Assembly: GCF_964355755.1 (NCBI RefSeq)
Contig: NC_092679.1
Coordinates: forward strand, 23,915,432-23,979,431
Length of the DNA: 64,000 nucleotides
From: Antedon mediterranea
Lineage: Eukaryota > Animalia > Echinodermata
Reading direction: 5' to 3'
This document shows, piece by piece, positions 1-12,800 of the stretch. Position numbers and translations under genes: made by a program. The stretch's first letter is position 1; every line of letters starts with the position of its first letter. The notes under the pieces are model-generated. The model worked only from the letters and a program-made list of their open reading frames with translations. It was not told the DNA's origin and made no database searches.

Positions 1-540
1 CACAATTATTGAACCAACCCTCTCGGTGACGTAAACCACGTTACAGACACATTATAGACATCAAGAAGTTTACAAATAACCAGCTCTACTTTGCTCCGAT
101 AATTCTCGGAACATTTAGGTGACTGACTGGACAATTTTGACCAGTGAAGCCAACTTAATGAGGAAATAAGTAGCAGTATGGTTGGCAATGTTTTAATGAC
201 TATAATATAATTCGGCAAGAATATTAAAGCACATCAGTAAAAGTTAATTTTTTTCCTTTGGTATCCGGTTACTTTGTCGAATCGCAATTCGCCACGTCCA
301 CTTTGCCGACAAATGAAAATTAGTCAATAACGTTCAAGTGGCCACGTGTGTGAAACTCAGATTTCAGAATCTCCATTTTCAATGTGACTAATTAGTATGG
401 ATATGTCCTGATAACAGAGTAAGATTAGCCAAAGTGGGACGGGGTTCAGAACAGTGGAGGCGCGAAAGAGTGGGTATTATACTAAAACAACTAAAAACAC
501 AATACTGCTAAATACAACTAAAGGACGTGTCACAATCTAA

Positions 541-649
541 AGCTCTGTCTACACTATAAAACTAGTTTGACGAAAAAAGTGTGAGGTGCCCATACATGGG
601 CACATCACATTTGTTTTGTCACATAAAGTTTGATTGTGTAGACAGAGCT
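541..649. mobile_element. MITE, PIF/Harbinger (Tourist)-like
   Basis: Perfect 14-bp TIR agctctgtctacac (541-554) / gtgtagacagagct (636-649), flanked by TAA and TTA. Decayed relatives lie at about 14162-14300 and 44210-44330. Confidence 0.7.
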
Positions 650-3600
650 TTAAGGCGTATTACAAAGAAATATACACACACGACCCTAACAAAACTTAAT
701 TTTTACGATATGATCATTTTGAATAATTGTGTAAACATATGGCAACTACTACAAATCAATGCATACATTCTTTCTTTATTGAATATAAACGCAACACATT
801 ATCGTAAATACATTTAATACAACTTTTCCTTTGATCCTCAAATGTTAACAAACCGTAAATATAATAATAATACCGTAAATAACACCATATCTTGTTAAGT
901 ACTACCGAATAATTTTTCCAAAATAAAACATTTACATGCTGTTTGGGTCACCATTATATATAAATAGCTGAATAAAAGATACCAGGGTTACCAAGAGAAA
1001 GTGGCTTTCATCATGGTCAAACGTGCATGCAATCTATTATTTTATATAGGCACGGTTGCCCGTGAGCATAGCTACTTTATGGTGTAAATCGTGCGTTCAA
1101 TTCCTGGTTTTCTATTGACACTGGCGATCATCACTTAACAGCGCCGATAAATAATAACTCGAATGTGAACATACAAAAACGATTTAAGGAGAACGGTTGA
1201 CAGTTTCGATAGAAAACGAAGAATTCAACGTATAGAGGACCGCTTTGCTTTAAAAAAAAACCAGTACAGTCAACCGTACCGATAGAAAATAACAAATTAC
1301 ACTATTATGACAAACAAATTTTTAGGTGAAAATAATCTTCAATAACGAAGTAAGTTTGATTCCAACTACAGTACATACAGCATACTGCGTCTAACTCAAT
1401 AAATCCACATTTCTAAACAAAATGAAATTATTAAAACTATTACATCACACACACAATTATTACGATGTAATGGTATTTAATGGTAACTAGTATTTTAAAA
1501 ATTCTCAAAATGTTATAAATTATCAAATAGATCGACCGTTGAATTCTCAAAACGTCTCGTTATTTAGAGTTACACTCGGATTATTTTATCTTCTGGTAAA
1601 TAATAGGTAGTTTTTCTCGAAAAATAAATCTAATTTCGTTTATATGATATGATATAATTTGGTCCTCAAATAGTTAAAACCATTTAATAAAAACATTAAA
1701 AATTAATAAAAGGATATATAATATCGCAATTCCATTTAAAATCTAAAATCGAGATACAGTAATAATATACACTAGTATATATAGGGGCATTCCACAGTAA
1801 TTGCGATATCAGTTGAACAATTTCAAAAATTGTTTTATAGGCCTATCATCAAGTTGGACATTTTTAGAAAATAGATACATTGAATTATAATGAATCAAAA
1901 AAATAATAATTGATACTTCAGAATATATTTCATGTCAAAAGACTGAAAATGCAGATTTTATGTTAGACATTATAATATATTAGAATATTACCTACAGTAT
2001 GTTAGATGTACTTGATTTGTGATTGGTTTTAGAAAATTTCCTTTGAATTTCATAATCATAAAGTATTATTCCAAGTAATAAACACCTTCCTAATAGCATT
2101 TCAATATTTCCACATTAGTCATTTCTTTAGGAATACTTTATAACATAATTAATGTCGATATAATATTGAGTCTATCAATCAGGAATTCTTGACATAATTC
2201 ACTTCGTTACGGATGATACACAATGTTGTAATCAACCTATCTTTGTCCTGATGATGAAAATTAATGTTGAAATATTAGAACCATAAGGAATATTCCAGAC
2301 ATATGTCTGATGTTGACAACAAGTGGACTTTTCGGTGATATAATTAATGTTGAATTGAATTCATCAGGAAATATTTTTGACATAATTATGTATGTGTTTA
2401 GCAGACTAGTGGACCATACAAGACTGAACACAGTAAAAAAAGATGAATTTAAAATCTGCCATGTTCTTTTAAATTATACCAATTCGGTAACGTAACTTAT
2501 TGTTTATTTTACTGCAGTTACTGCAGTTACTACATTGTGTTTCCTCCATTATCTGTTACTGCAACTATAGCAAGAATTATTGGGCACATCATTATCAGTG
2601 ATTGCAGTAAAATCATGCTTACATAAATGAACCATAAGATCTTGACATCTCAATAAAATCTAAAGTCCATACCTTGTAATGGCATTACAAGAAGTCAGTA
2701 TAACATTTCCGTTTCCATCATTGACAGTTTGGATTGAATTTTTGAACTGTGACCTTTAAATAGGTCAGGTTGTCCTCTAAAGTATGTTAGCATTAGCATG
2801 TTATTTGGGCCTAGGCCTGTTAAAGTATTATCAGGAGCCTGCAGTGTATGATATATAGACTGTGCACCTGACTACTATCAATAACTGCTGCAGAGTTTAA
2901 TGGCCATTAAACATGGGTCAACAATAAATACAAAGTTGCTTTGAATGGAAAATCAAAATTCAATATAGGTAAAACATTTTAAGTATTTTACTTAAGTCAA
3001 TAAATATTAACAATTTCCTCAAAGTGCAATTCACTTTGATAGAATTCTTAAAATGTACTGTAAGGTTTTTAGAAAGTTTTTCCTTTTACTGAAGTGTTAT
3101 ATTGATGAATACGGCCTCTAGACTTAAAAAATAAGCTCCAGTGGCCATATTCCCTTAAATACCAATAATTTCACTTAATTCAGTGGATATTTAAGAATTT
3201 CCCTTAAGTAGGTTTTACAAAATGTCTGTATCCACCAAACACACTTTAGTGAGATATTTTCCTTAAGTATTCACTTAAGTCAATAAATAAGAATTTTTCT
3301 TAACCTAAGTGTGAATGGTAAATACAACCAAATGCAGAATTTAAACTCTCTTTGCAAAAAACCTTGACAATTTCTTCCATTGATAAACTTGACCAAGACT
3401 ATTTTTTTTTTATGTGTTTTTGATTATTGGTCACAGATGACAAATGTTTTCATTTATTTTTAACTGTGAAATTTGTGTTACATTTGACCGATTTCGATAG
3501 TGTTCGAACCCTTGCATTCAATGCTTCCATTAATTTTTAATATATGCCTCACTTTCTTTAAGCTTGAGAAGTTGTCTAGACTAATAACAGTATATTATTG

Positions 3601-3692
3601 GTACGTGGATGATATATCATTCGTGACACTTTGATTGCATCCCTTGAAATTAGTTAATACCGCATACAAATGAAACAAGAGATGAATGTAGA

Positions 3693-6600
3693 TCAATTAA
3701 TTGCTTCAAGCTCCACCTCAAATGTTAGCCTAGAATTAGGCGGGATCCTGGAAACTTCAATTAAGGAAATCAATAATAAAAAAATATATATATAAAAAAA
3801 GGTTTCTCCTGCATTAGTATTCTAACAAGTTTTGGTTCAAGGTTCTAGCAAGAATTTGACTTAATATTAGTAAAAAAATAATATTTGGCAAAAATGGCGT
3901 TTCATACATAATACTTGAGCTGGAATTGCAATGCTGCCCAACATAAGAGAGACTTAGGCAAGTCAAATCATATAAAACCGTTTGGGGGCATTATTTCCCT
4001 ATGCTATAATACACAGTGCCTTCTTGTGTTGCAACAAGGCTAATTATTCATGGCGTTTTCAAAATTTCAATAGAAAATAATTTTAAAATAATTAAAATAT
4101 TAAAAAATAATTTATAAAAATGTTATTATTTTATTAATATTACTGTATTATTCATTGTTACTAAGTTTATTCAAAAAAATATTACAAGGCTAAATTAAAA
4201 CAATATTTAAAAAAAAATTTACGAAAAAGTAGAGTTTAGTCCCACAGGGCACGGAAAATGATAGTTTGGCCTTGTGCCAACCACCAGTATTACTTGCACT
4301 CACTAGGGTAAGTTTCAATTGTAGGTAACACGCCCTTTATTTACCTAAGTTTTCAGGCTATAACAACAAAATTGGCAATTATGGGATTTCACAAGAAAAT
4401 CAAATATGCATTATACAGTACAGAATAATTTGCAAAAATAATTTAAAAGAAGAACATTTGTTACAAATTAATTGATAGAATCAAAAAGGATACTTTCCTT
4501 CAATTCCCTTGGCACCGTACGCCCACTCTGGTTCAATCACAATCTCTGCTCGCTCACGGATTCCCATCGTTAACAACGCTTCATCCCACTATTAAAAAAA
4601 AACATTTCAACTAATTAATTGAATCATTCTCAGGAATAATAATAATATTTTGCTCTTCCCAATGATCTAAAATCCATCAATAATCAATATATTTTTAACA
4701 TTAAACTAAAAAGTATCTCATCTTTGATATTCCTATCTGATTTTATATATTGCGGTTTTATGATATTGTTGCTCTTTACTTTATATTACCTTTTTTACAT
4801 TTTATATGTCATTTTTTATTATATCTTTCACATTTCCATATGTCCTTCTTATGATCCTTGTTCACTTTCAAATCTCAGATTTCTTTTGCAATGGATTCCA
4901 TTGGAAATAAATTGACATGTCGATTTTGTCCTTGCATCCATTCACTTTGGTTTCATTCAATTTTAATATTCCAATTGTTGTATTTTTTCTTTGTTATGTA
5001 TTTTAAATGTATTAATTGTCCCAATTCACAAGAGTGGTCCCAAAAAACTAATCTGTAACTATCGTCCTATTTCGTTATTGCCTACTATGTCTAAGATTTT
5101 TGAGCGCATTGTGCATGATGGTTTGTCATCACATGTTGCTAATGCTTTAAGTCCTAGGCAGCATGGTTTTGTCTCTGGGAGATCATGTCAAACCAACCTC
5201 GCACTGCTTCTTGCTACATCATACGATGCAATTAACAGCAAGAAGCAGTGCGATGTGATTTACACTGATTTCTCTAAGGCTTTTGATTCCGTTTCCCATG
5301 ATTTGCTTATTTTTAAACTTTCAAAATTTGGTTTATCCGGTTCACTGTTAAGTTGGTTTAAAAGCTATTTAACTAATAGACAACAGCGTGTTGTCATTGG
5401 GGGAGAGACATCTGATTGGCTCCCTGTGTTATCGGGCGTTCCGCAGGGCTCGATCCTGGGCCCGCTTTTGTTTAATTTATTTATCAACGATCTTCCTTTA
5501 AAATTTAATCATTCCGAGTCTCTTTTATTTGCTGACGATCTGAAATTGTTTAAAGTGATTACCACTCCACAGGATGCTTTTTCACTTCAGGAGGATCTGG
5601 ATGGTCTCGTGGAATGGACGGAGAAGTGGGGGATAAAACTTAATGCTAATAAATGCAAATATTTATCTATAACACTTAAAAAAAGGCCTGTGCTCTTCAA
5701 TTATAATCTGAGTGGACATGATCTTGAGATGGTTTATGTATGGAAAGATTTAGGTATTTTTATTGATAGTAAATTAAATTTTTGTTCACATATTAATCAT
5801 GTGTTGTCAAAAGCTAATAGAATGATGGGCTTAATATGGAGAAATTGTAGGTTTATGAACGACGGCAGGGCACTTTTATCTTTATACAAATCTATTATAC
5901 GTCCTCACCTTGAATATTGTTCCGCAATTTTCAATTCAATTTCTCCATGTCAGGCCCGTCGAATCGACACTGTTCAACGGAAGTTTGTTCGATTCCTGTC
6001 TTATAACTGTGTTAATTTTGCCTTTTCCATTGATTCTGTCAGCAATCGTCGAACGATATCTGATATGGTTTTTTTATATAATATTTTAAATTCTAAATAT
6101 GACTGTTCATTAATTTCACTATTTAGTTTAAATGTTCCTGGTCGTACACGAAATAGACATTTATTGCATATTCCTTTTAGCCGTGTCGACTGTACTAAGA
6201 GGGGACTTTTTCATAGACTACCTTATACATTTAATAATCTAAATAGCAATCATATCGATATTTTTAATGATAGACTTGGTTATTTTAAGAGGACGATGAT
6301 GTGTTCACTTCTTGAACAGTCTGCATAACCTGTTTTAATTGAAATTTTTTATGGCATGCCAATCTATGTTTTCTATATATATATATATATATATTTTATC
6401 TGTATTTTATTGTTAACCGTTTTTGATGTTGTATTGTTTTATGTTTCAAACCTGTTAGTGGCGGTATTTATCGCTGTTGGTTTTGATTGAATAAAATAAA
6501 AAATAAAATAAAAATAAAAAGTATTGTTGAATGGATGCTAAATGAATAAATAAATAAATAAAAAGAATGAATGCAAAAACTCACCCCACGAATGACTTTT

Positions 6601-8553
6601 CCTGTTCCAACTTTAAACCGTAGTGCTTGTGCATTCTTCTTCTTTCGACCTACATTTAAAAATAAAGTATTATAAATTTTATTATTATATAATATGTTTT
6701 AATATTATTCTGATACATTTCAAATATATTTAGGTGAGTCTCTATGTTCATTCTAAACGTAGTTAGCTGTGCTGTTAAGTGTGGTTTTAAGTAGGACTCA
6801 AAGCAACGACATAAGAACAATGCACCAATCACAAGCGACAGTTTGGACGATCCATTGCATCTGATTGGTCAAATTACTTGTCTGGCCGTTACCTCCTTGC
6901 ATCCTAGTGTGAACAAAGTTTTAGGAGCTTATCGTACTAAGCCCTGGCATTTGTGTGGTGGTAGGGTGGCCAGTTCCTTTCCAGACCGCCTTTTCCTCAA
7001 CAAGGTACTCATTTTTAGATGAATGAACTGGTTGTTCTTATCTAACCAGGTCAAAGTCCACGGCAACTAATGTCTCGGGTGAAAAACACACCGATGAGAG
7101 GCCTGATTTTGTTTTGAGATGTTCCAAGTTGTTATGGTGCCTGTATCTATTACACTGGTATTAAACTGACCTATCATAGTAATCAAATAACACGCAAGTA
7201 TGTTTCTCCCGAAATTTCTCACGGCTCGCATATATGAAAACGGAGATCAAACTTGGTTACAAGTTGTAACAATTTATGAAGATGTGAAAAGGGTATTAGT
7301 TACCTGTTACTATATTGGTATCAAAGACCGTTCCATCGTCCAGTTTTCCTGTATACCAGACGTGTACAGTGTCTCCCTTGTGGGGTAAACTCCTGTCATC
7401 TCCTTTCTTCAATATACGTTTTTTGTATCTTGGAGGCTCTTTCTAAAAATTGAAATACAGTCAACACACCTGCCAACATTTGGGAATAAGATATAGGAAC
7501 ACAAAAAGTGTTTAAATGCAAACTTAAATAATTACTAAATTGTAATTCAACTGAAAATGAGATAATATAATATATCAATACTTTGGCCTCAGGAACTTTT
7601 TCAACAACAACTTTTTCTGTCACTTTCAGCTCTTCTGTTGCCTTGGTAACCTCTGCTACTTCCTCCTCTTCTTCATTACCACTTTTGAAAGCCTAAAAAA
7701 AAATATTTTCTTAAACCATCTTAAATCTAAACTCAATACCAGGGTTTCTTTCAATGAAATGTATAAAGCATGTGAACTGCAAATTTACCTTGGTTTCAAA
7801 GAGTTCATTGTATATAACTACAAGAGCTTCTTTTTTGAACGCTTTTGCAATATTTTTGGTGGCACCAAGCATCTTTTTCTCACCTAAAAACTATAGAAAG
7901 AAATGGAATTATAAATTAAATAAGATTAAGAAACCAATTGTTAAACAGTAGCAACAATGTAAAATTCGATCAAACAAGTATCCACAACGCATCATCAAGG
8001 CACAATGTAAAGCTACTGTAGATGATAGAAAAACAGGGCATTTAAATGCAGAATTTGACAGAGTTGATAGGCTATAGAATAAATTACTGTACTATTCTAT
8101 ATAATAATTAATAGTAATATGCAATGATTGATGATTGACTGCTGTGCTGGGATCAAACAAAAATTATCAAACATGTTTCATTAAAAAAAAAACAAGCAAA
8201 CAATGGCTAGTTTTAAAGTTACACTACAGTAAATTTAAAATCATAGTTGGTGTTGGTTGATAAGCAAAGACCCACAAAATCATAGAAGGACGAAACGACC
8301 TAGTTTATCACAGTCACCTAGCCACACCGAGTCGTAAAGTCCCACACATCAACTTTACCTATCAATTTTAGCCTACAATTCTGGGCCTAGGCCTAGCTAG
8401 GTTTAAACTAAAATGTCTCATATATAAACTAGATCTAACAAGGACCTTTCTTGCAGCATGTTCCTGAATAAAAATAATTATATCTTTTTTTCCAACATCA
8501 TCTGAGTTAATTTCATCAGAGGACCACTTTCGTTCAACATCTGCACAAGCCAT
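3693..8553 (-). CDS. FKBP3: Peptidyl-prolyl cis-trans isomerase FKBP3 (FKBP25), 7 exons, 224 aa
   Basis: GT-AG exons 8553-8446, 7890-7789, 7692-7582, 7442-7304, 6649-6585, 4588-4494, 3747-3693 join in frame (675 nt). The protein has the N-terminal basic helical domain (MACADVERKWSSDEINSDDVGKKDIIIFIQEHAARK) and the FKBP domain (KGDTVHVWYTGKLDDGTVFDTN...FKVGTGKVIRGWDEALLTM...IEPEWAYG...IPPNSRLTFEVEL). Confidence 0.95.
4991..6328 (+). CDS. Reverse transcriptase (C-terminal part of LINE ORF2)
   Basis: Motifs NYRPISLL, QHGF, DFSKAFD, GVPQGSILGPLLF, FADD, KDLGI and RPHLEY in an uninterrupted 445-aa frame. The ORF start is not a genuine start codon. Confidence 0.85.
   Translation: MLCILNVLIVPIHKSGPKKLICNYRPISLLPTMSKIFERIVHDGLSSHVANALSPRQHGFVSGRSCQTNLALLLATSYDAINSKKQCDVIYTDFSKAFDSVSHDLLIFKLSKFGLSGSLLSWFKSYLTNRQQRVVIGGETSDWLPVLSGVPQGSILGPLLFNLFINDLPLKFNHSESLLFADDLKLFKVITTPQDAFSLQEDLDGLVEWTEKWGIKLNANKCKYLSITLKKRPVLFNYNLSGHDLEMVYVWKDLGIFIDSKLNFCSHINHVLSKANRMMGLIWRNCRFMNDGRALLSLYKSIIRPHLEYCSAIFNSISPCQARRIDTVQRKFVRFLSYNCVNFAFSIDSVSNRRTISDMVFLYNILNSKYDCSLISLFSLNVPGRTRNRHLLHIPFSRVDCTKRGLFHRLPYTFNNLNSNHIDIFNDRLGYFKRTMMCSLLEQSA
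5014..6520 (+). mobile_element. 5'-truncated non-LTR retrotransposon (CR1/L2 group) in FKBP3 intron 5, antisense to the host gene
   Basis: RT reading frame, 3' UTR and A-rich tail (aataaa/aaaat repeats, 6490-6520). No endonuclease or ORF1 is present. A possible 5-bp TSD gtatt lies at 5009-5013 and 6521-6525. Confidence 0.88.
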
Positions 8554-8860
8554 GCTTCTTTTTTTAGAGAATGTTTAGTCTAGACGTGTTGTAGCTGTTT
8601 ATTGACAATTACGTGAACTTGATGTATGCGATGCTTGTTTATAAAACGCTTCTACGGCTGTGTGTGATAGGCTATAAAGTTTTGGGGTGAGTAAATAATT
8701 ACAAACGAACATATATTAAATACCCTGGATACAAACAACTTCCGGTATGACATTTCACTCTTTTTTGTTAGGTTTGTTTACATGTTTTGCTATATGATAA
8801 GCAAGTTATGCAAAATATCGTTTCTTTTAATAATGGCAAAGTATAATGATCAGGTTTTTC
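8554..8860. promoter_or_regulatory. Putative bidirectional promoter region for FKBP3 and AIDA
   Basis: The two ATGs diverge (8553 and 9848). An ETS-type ACTTCCGG lies at 8738-8745. The acceptor at 9821-9822 implies a non-coding first AIDA exon upstream, with a candidate donor gtgagt at 8687. Confidence 0.45.
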
Positions 8861-8861
8861 T

Positions 8862-9500
8862 ACTAGACCTAGGCCTAGGCTAGGCTATTAATTATTATTG
8901 TATGCATGATGACGTTTTAGGCCAAGCTAGCCTAGTAGCTAGCCTAGCCTAGCCTAATAGGGCCCTAGCTAGTAGGCCTAGGCTAGTTAGTACAGCCAGC
9001 CGGGAAGCCTAGCCCTCCCTAGCTAGGCCTAGCTAGTAGCTAGGCCTACTAGCCTAGGCTAGACCTACTAGGCCTACTACTACTACTAGCCCTACTAGGC
9101 TATAGGCCTAGTAGTACTATTAGTAGGCTGGCGCACCCTGCTGGCCTATATTGTAGTGTAGAGTAGTACTACTAGTAGTAGGCTAGTCTAGGCCCTCTCT
9201 TCTACATGCTGAAGAAGGGCTAGCTAGGATAGGAAGGAGGCCTAGCCTATGACCTAACTAGGTCTATACTAGGCCTAGAGTAGTACTACTACTAAGTAAG
9301 CCTATTTATTAGTAGTATTAATTACTCCGCTAGGCTATAGAGACTAGGCTAGGCCAGGTCAGGAGAGAGCCTTCTTTTCTAGCTAGAGTAGATAGGGCCT
9401 AGCTAGGCTAGATAAATTAGATTAGAGTCTACTACTACAGGCCTACTTATATATAGGTCTGGTGTGCCTGGCTAGGCTAGGTCTGTTCTCTTTTCTAGGT
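8862..9500. repeat. Low-complexity CTAG/TAGGCCTA palindrome-rich tract
   Basis: About 640 bp built largely from tag, cta, ggcc and tagta words, with at least 7 full TAGGCCTA copies. Confidence 0.8.
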
Positions 9501-9847
9501 ACATGCATACTACTATATTATTATTATATTTATCCAGCTTCCCAGACCGTTGACAGATGCTGCAGTCCTAGATAGAAAGCCCATCAGCTTTCATTAGAAA
9601 ACTTCATATTCATTTTTTTGTCTTTTATGACGTGTAAACTGACTTTGGGGTTGGGTCAACCGGCTCAGCTACAGTGATTAAGTTCACTTAGGTTGACCCT
9701 CGTCTACCCAATTTCATTTTTTTAAATATGTATAGGCCTATACTCAAATAGACCGAATAAATAATGAAATGAAATTAAATCCATGCCTTAGAATAATTAG
9801 TATAATTTTTTGTTTTTTTCAGCCACTGAATTCAAGATAAAAACACA

Positions 9848-12800
9848 ATGTCTGATATTAGTAAATTAATATCAAATTGGAATGCATCTTTTACAAAAGG
9901 AACTGATTTTGATAGTTGGGGACAGGTAGTAGAGGCTGTGGATGAATATGACATGTTGGTATCATTTTATCTGTATATTTTCATTGTTAAAGCTTGGTTC
10001 ACACAACACAAGCAAGTTGATCAGGACTGTTCTATTACTTGAGATTGGACAAATCACTTTTCGCGTTTTTGATTATTTTGTATGTTTATGATTTTGTGAA
10101 TGGAAATAAAAAGAAAGAAAGAAAGTTTAATAATGAAGCCTAGGCATAGAGGACACCATATTGTGTTTCTCTTTTGAAATGTTTAACACAATTTCTTTAT
10201 TATTTAATCATTTTGTTCTTTATTTGTTTAGGCTTTCAAAACAATTACTCAAAGAAGCATCTCCAGATTCTATAATCTTTTCAGAAAAGCAAAAGGTTAG
10301 TTAGTGTAACTGTACACCTTGTTAATTGTGTGTATATTACTTTGGTTTAGATCAAAGCACACCCGCTGTTAATAATCAGTAGGTCTAGTATATAACTTCA
10401 CAAATACTTATCAATGTCAATGTGCTTTGTATATGGAGTTATTGTATATGAATAAATCAGTTGTAGCAAATGTAATCTCAGAATTCACTAAGATTCATAA
10501 ACTCTTGTTGAAAACTCTCTAATTCTGTATATTCTCTCTTTTTTTTTCGTTCAATAGAAAACTTTACTCAAAATATCTGGAAGTTTGAAATTACGTAAGG
10601 AAGCTATTAATGTAAGAATTTGATTTATTTCGATACCATAAAGGATCTTGTCAAAGGTCAAGCGCCTTCAGCCTGCCACGTTTCGATACCATACAGGAAG
10701 AACATACTCAAACAAAACCAAACAAAAACCACATTTGCATGGTTTCATGAATAGCCTAAATTCTTACATCACAGGTTCCTAACTAAGGGAGTGGAGCTGT
10801 AACATGCTTTCCTTCCAATCCCAAGTTCCATGGTTGAATCCTGACGTACTTCCAATCCTGACCTAGTGCCAGGGTTGTAACTTATGACTCTTTTAACTCC
10901 ACTCCCGAACCCTCTATTGAGTCTTGGTTTATAAGCATGTTGAATTATACAAATAGTTTATCCATCCTGTAATTGGCGAGTTACTCACTTTTAGATGCAT
11001 ACAAAAGGTTTTTGAAACAATCTAACAATTTTTTTTTTCTGGTATAAGGAATAATTTCTTTTTCTTTTTCAAGAATCCAAACAGTGCTAATGGAATATCA
11101 CTGGAGGATATGAAAAAAGTCCAAAAAAGTATGTATTGTCTATATTTAAACTGTTTTAAATAATTTTTTCTTATCCACACATACATAGTTTATACTGATG
11201 TTTTTTGGTTATAGCTCTTGCAGATATTATGTCAAGCAATCAGAAGGAATTTCCAATCCATGTACCTGCATCTACTACAAGGTAGAGTACTGTAATAATA
11301 GGTACTTTCCAATTTGTACCAGTCGACTACGACCCATGTGGACGTGAACTTCGCGCACGTTCACACAAAAGTCCCTATTGTCATTACAACTACTCCTCTC
11401 ATCATTAAATTACACTCTGTTATTATCAATGATGATAATAATAAGCACACCACTAATATCATACCACGCATAGATAAATCTAGGGTAATAGTTGGAGAGA
11501 GTGCACTCGTCCCATGGCTCCATACATTTTAAAGTTAAGTTTAGCACTTAATTTTACCCCCACCCCCACAATTACTGTTACAAAATCTTGATTACACCTC
11601 TGCCACCATCATTTATACTGTACATTATTGTTACCATCAATGCTATTGTATGCAAATATTATTCAATATATGTGCAGCTAAAAATACTAAGTAAGTAAGT
11701 ATAGCATAAAGGCCAATTTACACAGACGAGTGGTAACGGTAATAAAATCTATTTTATTCCTTATGACCATTTACACAAAACATAGAGAGAAGACGGACAG
11801 TTGCCGCTCAGGATAGATACAGATTCTACGTGGGACAAGCTACGCTGTTTTCCATTTACCGTTACAGCTCGTCTGTGTAAATTATTGCAAGAATTCTCTT
11901 CCAATTTTCATAGATGTTATCTTATCATTGTAGACCACCAAAAGTGAAAAAAGGATTTGATCTCGAGTTGGATGACAGCGAAAATGAAGATGAGGAATTT
12001 GAAGATGAGGATGACGACGAGGATGAACATCATCACAAATCTTCAATTTCAAAAACTGGCGGTGAAGGCACGCTTAAAGGTAACAAAGCTCAACATCTAG
12101 TTGGTTGCCACGGTGTAATAGTTCACACTGGTCTAGCCATGTATAAAACATACAGGACATAAAGCAACCCGCATATCAAACTTACCTAATTTACATGTGA
12201 ATGTCGAGTCAGTGACCGAGCGGTTAAGACAGGGTACTGCAATCGACAGCCATAATATCGGCACAGGTTCAAGGCTCTCAATGATCATAGTTCTTGTAGT
12301 ACAAGATAAGAAAAGTAAAAACTAGAGGTCCAGTGTAAGGATCTGGCTTGTGTACACTTAAAAAACCTAGTGCATCTTTTAGAAAAATCATGGTGGTGGG
12401 AGGATGGGTCAGTGGCCTGCCCTGGTCTTCTGGTCTATTTCAGTCGTTATCACTTCTTGGGGGTAACACATCGTGTTGTTGGAATTATTTTGTTGCCTCA
12501 AGAGAGACTATGATATTTCCCAATGGATGAAAGGAACTAATGACATGTGAATTGATGATATCTTTTCTCAATTTGATTTCCTTACACAGGATCTTTGCTA
12601 CGGATGATTCCTCCTGAAGCAGGTGCAACAAGGCTGACGGTGGCAATTGATAAAATTGGTTTTAAAGATGCTTTAGTTTACATAGATCCTTTTATTGTCA
12701 TTTCAGTTAAAGGTAATTTCTTATACTACTTTTTTTGTTTTTCCTTTGTATTCCCTCACAGCCTTTTATCATTTCTTCGGAATTTTAATCATATATCATT

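Noticed and set aside
1780-3360. Possible decayed gene or transposon downstream of FKBP3
   Set aside because: Short internal repeats (cacttaagtcaataaata) are visible, but I found no recognisable protein motif or matched termini.
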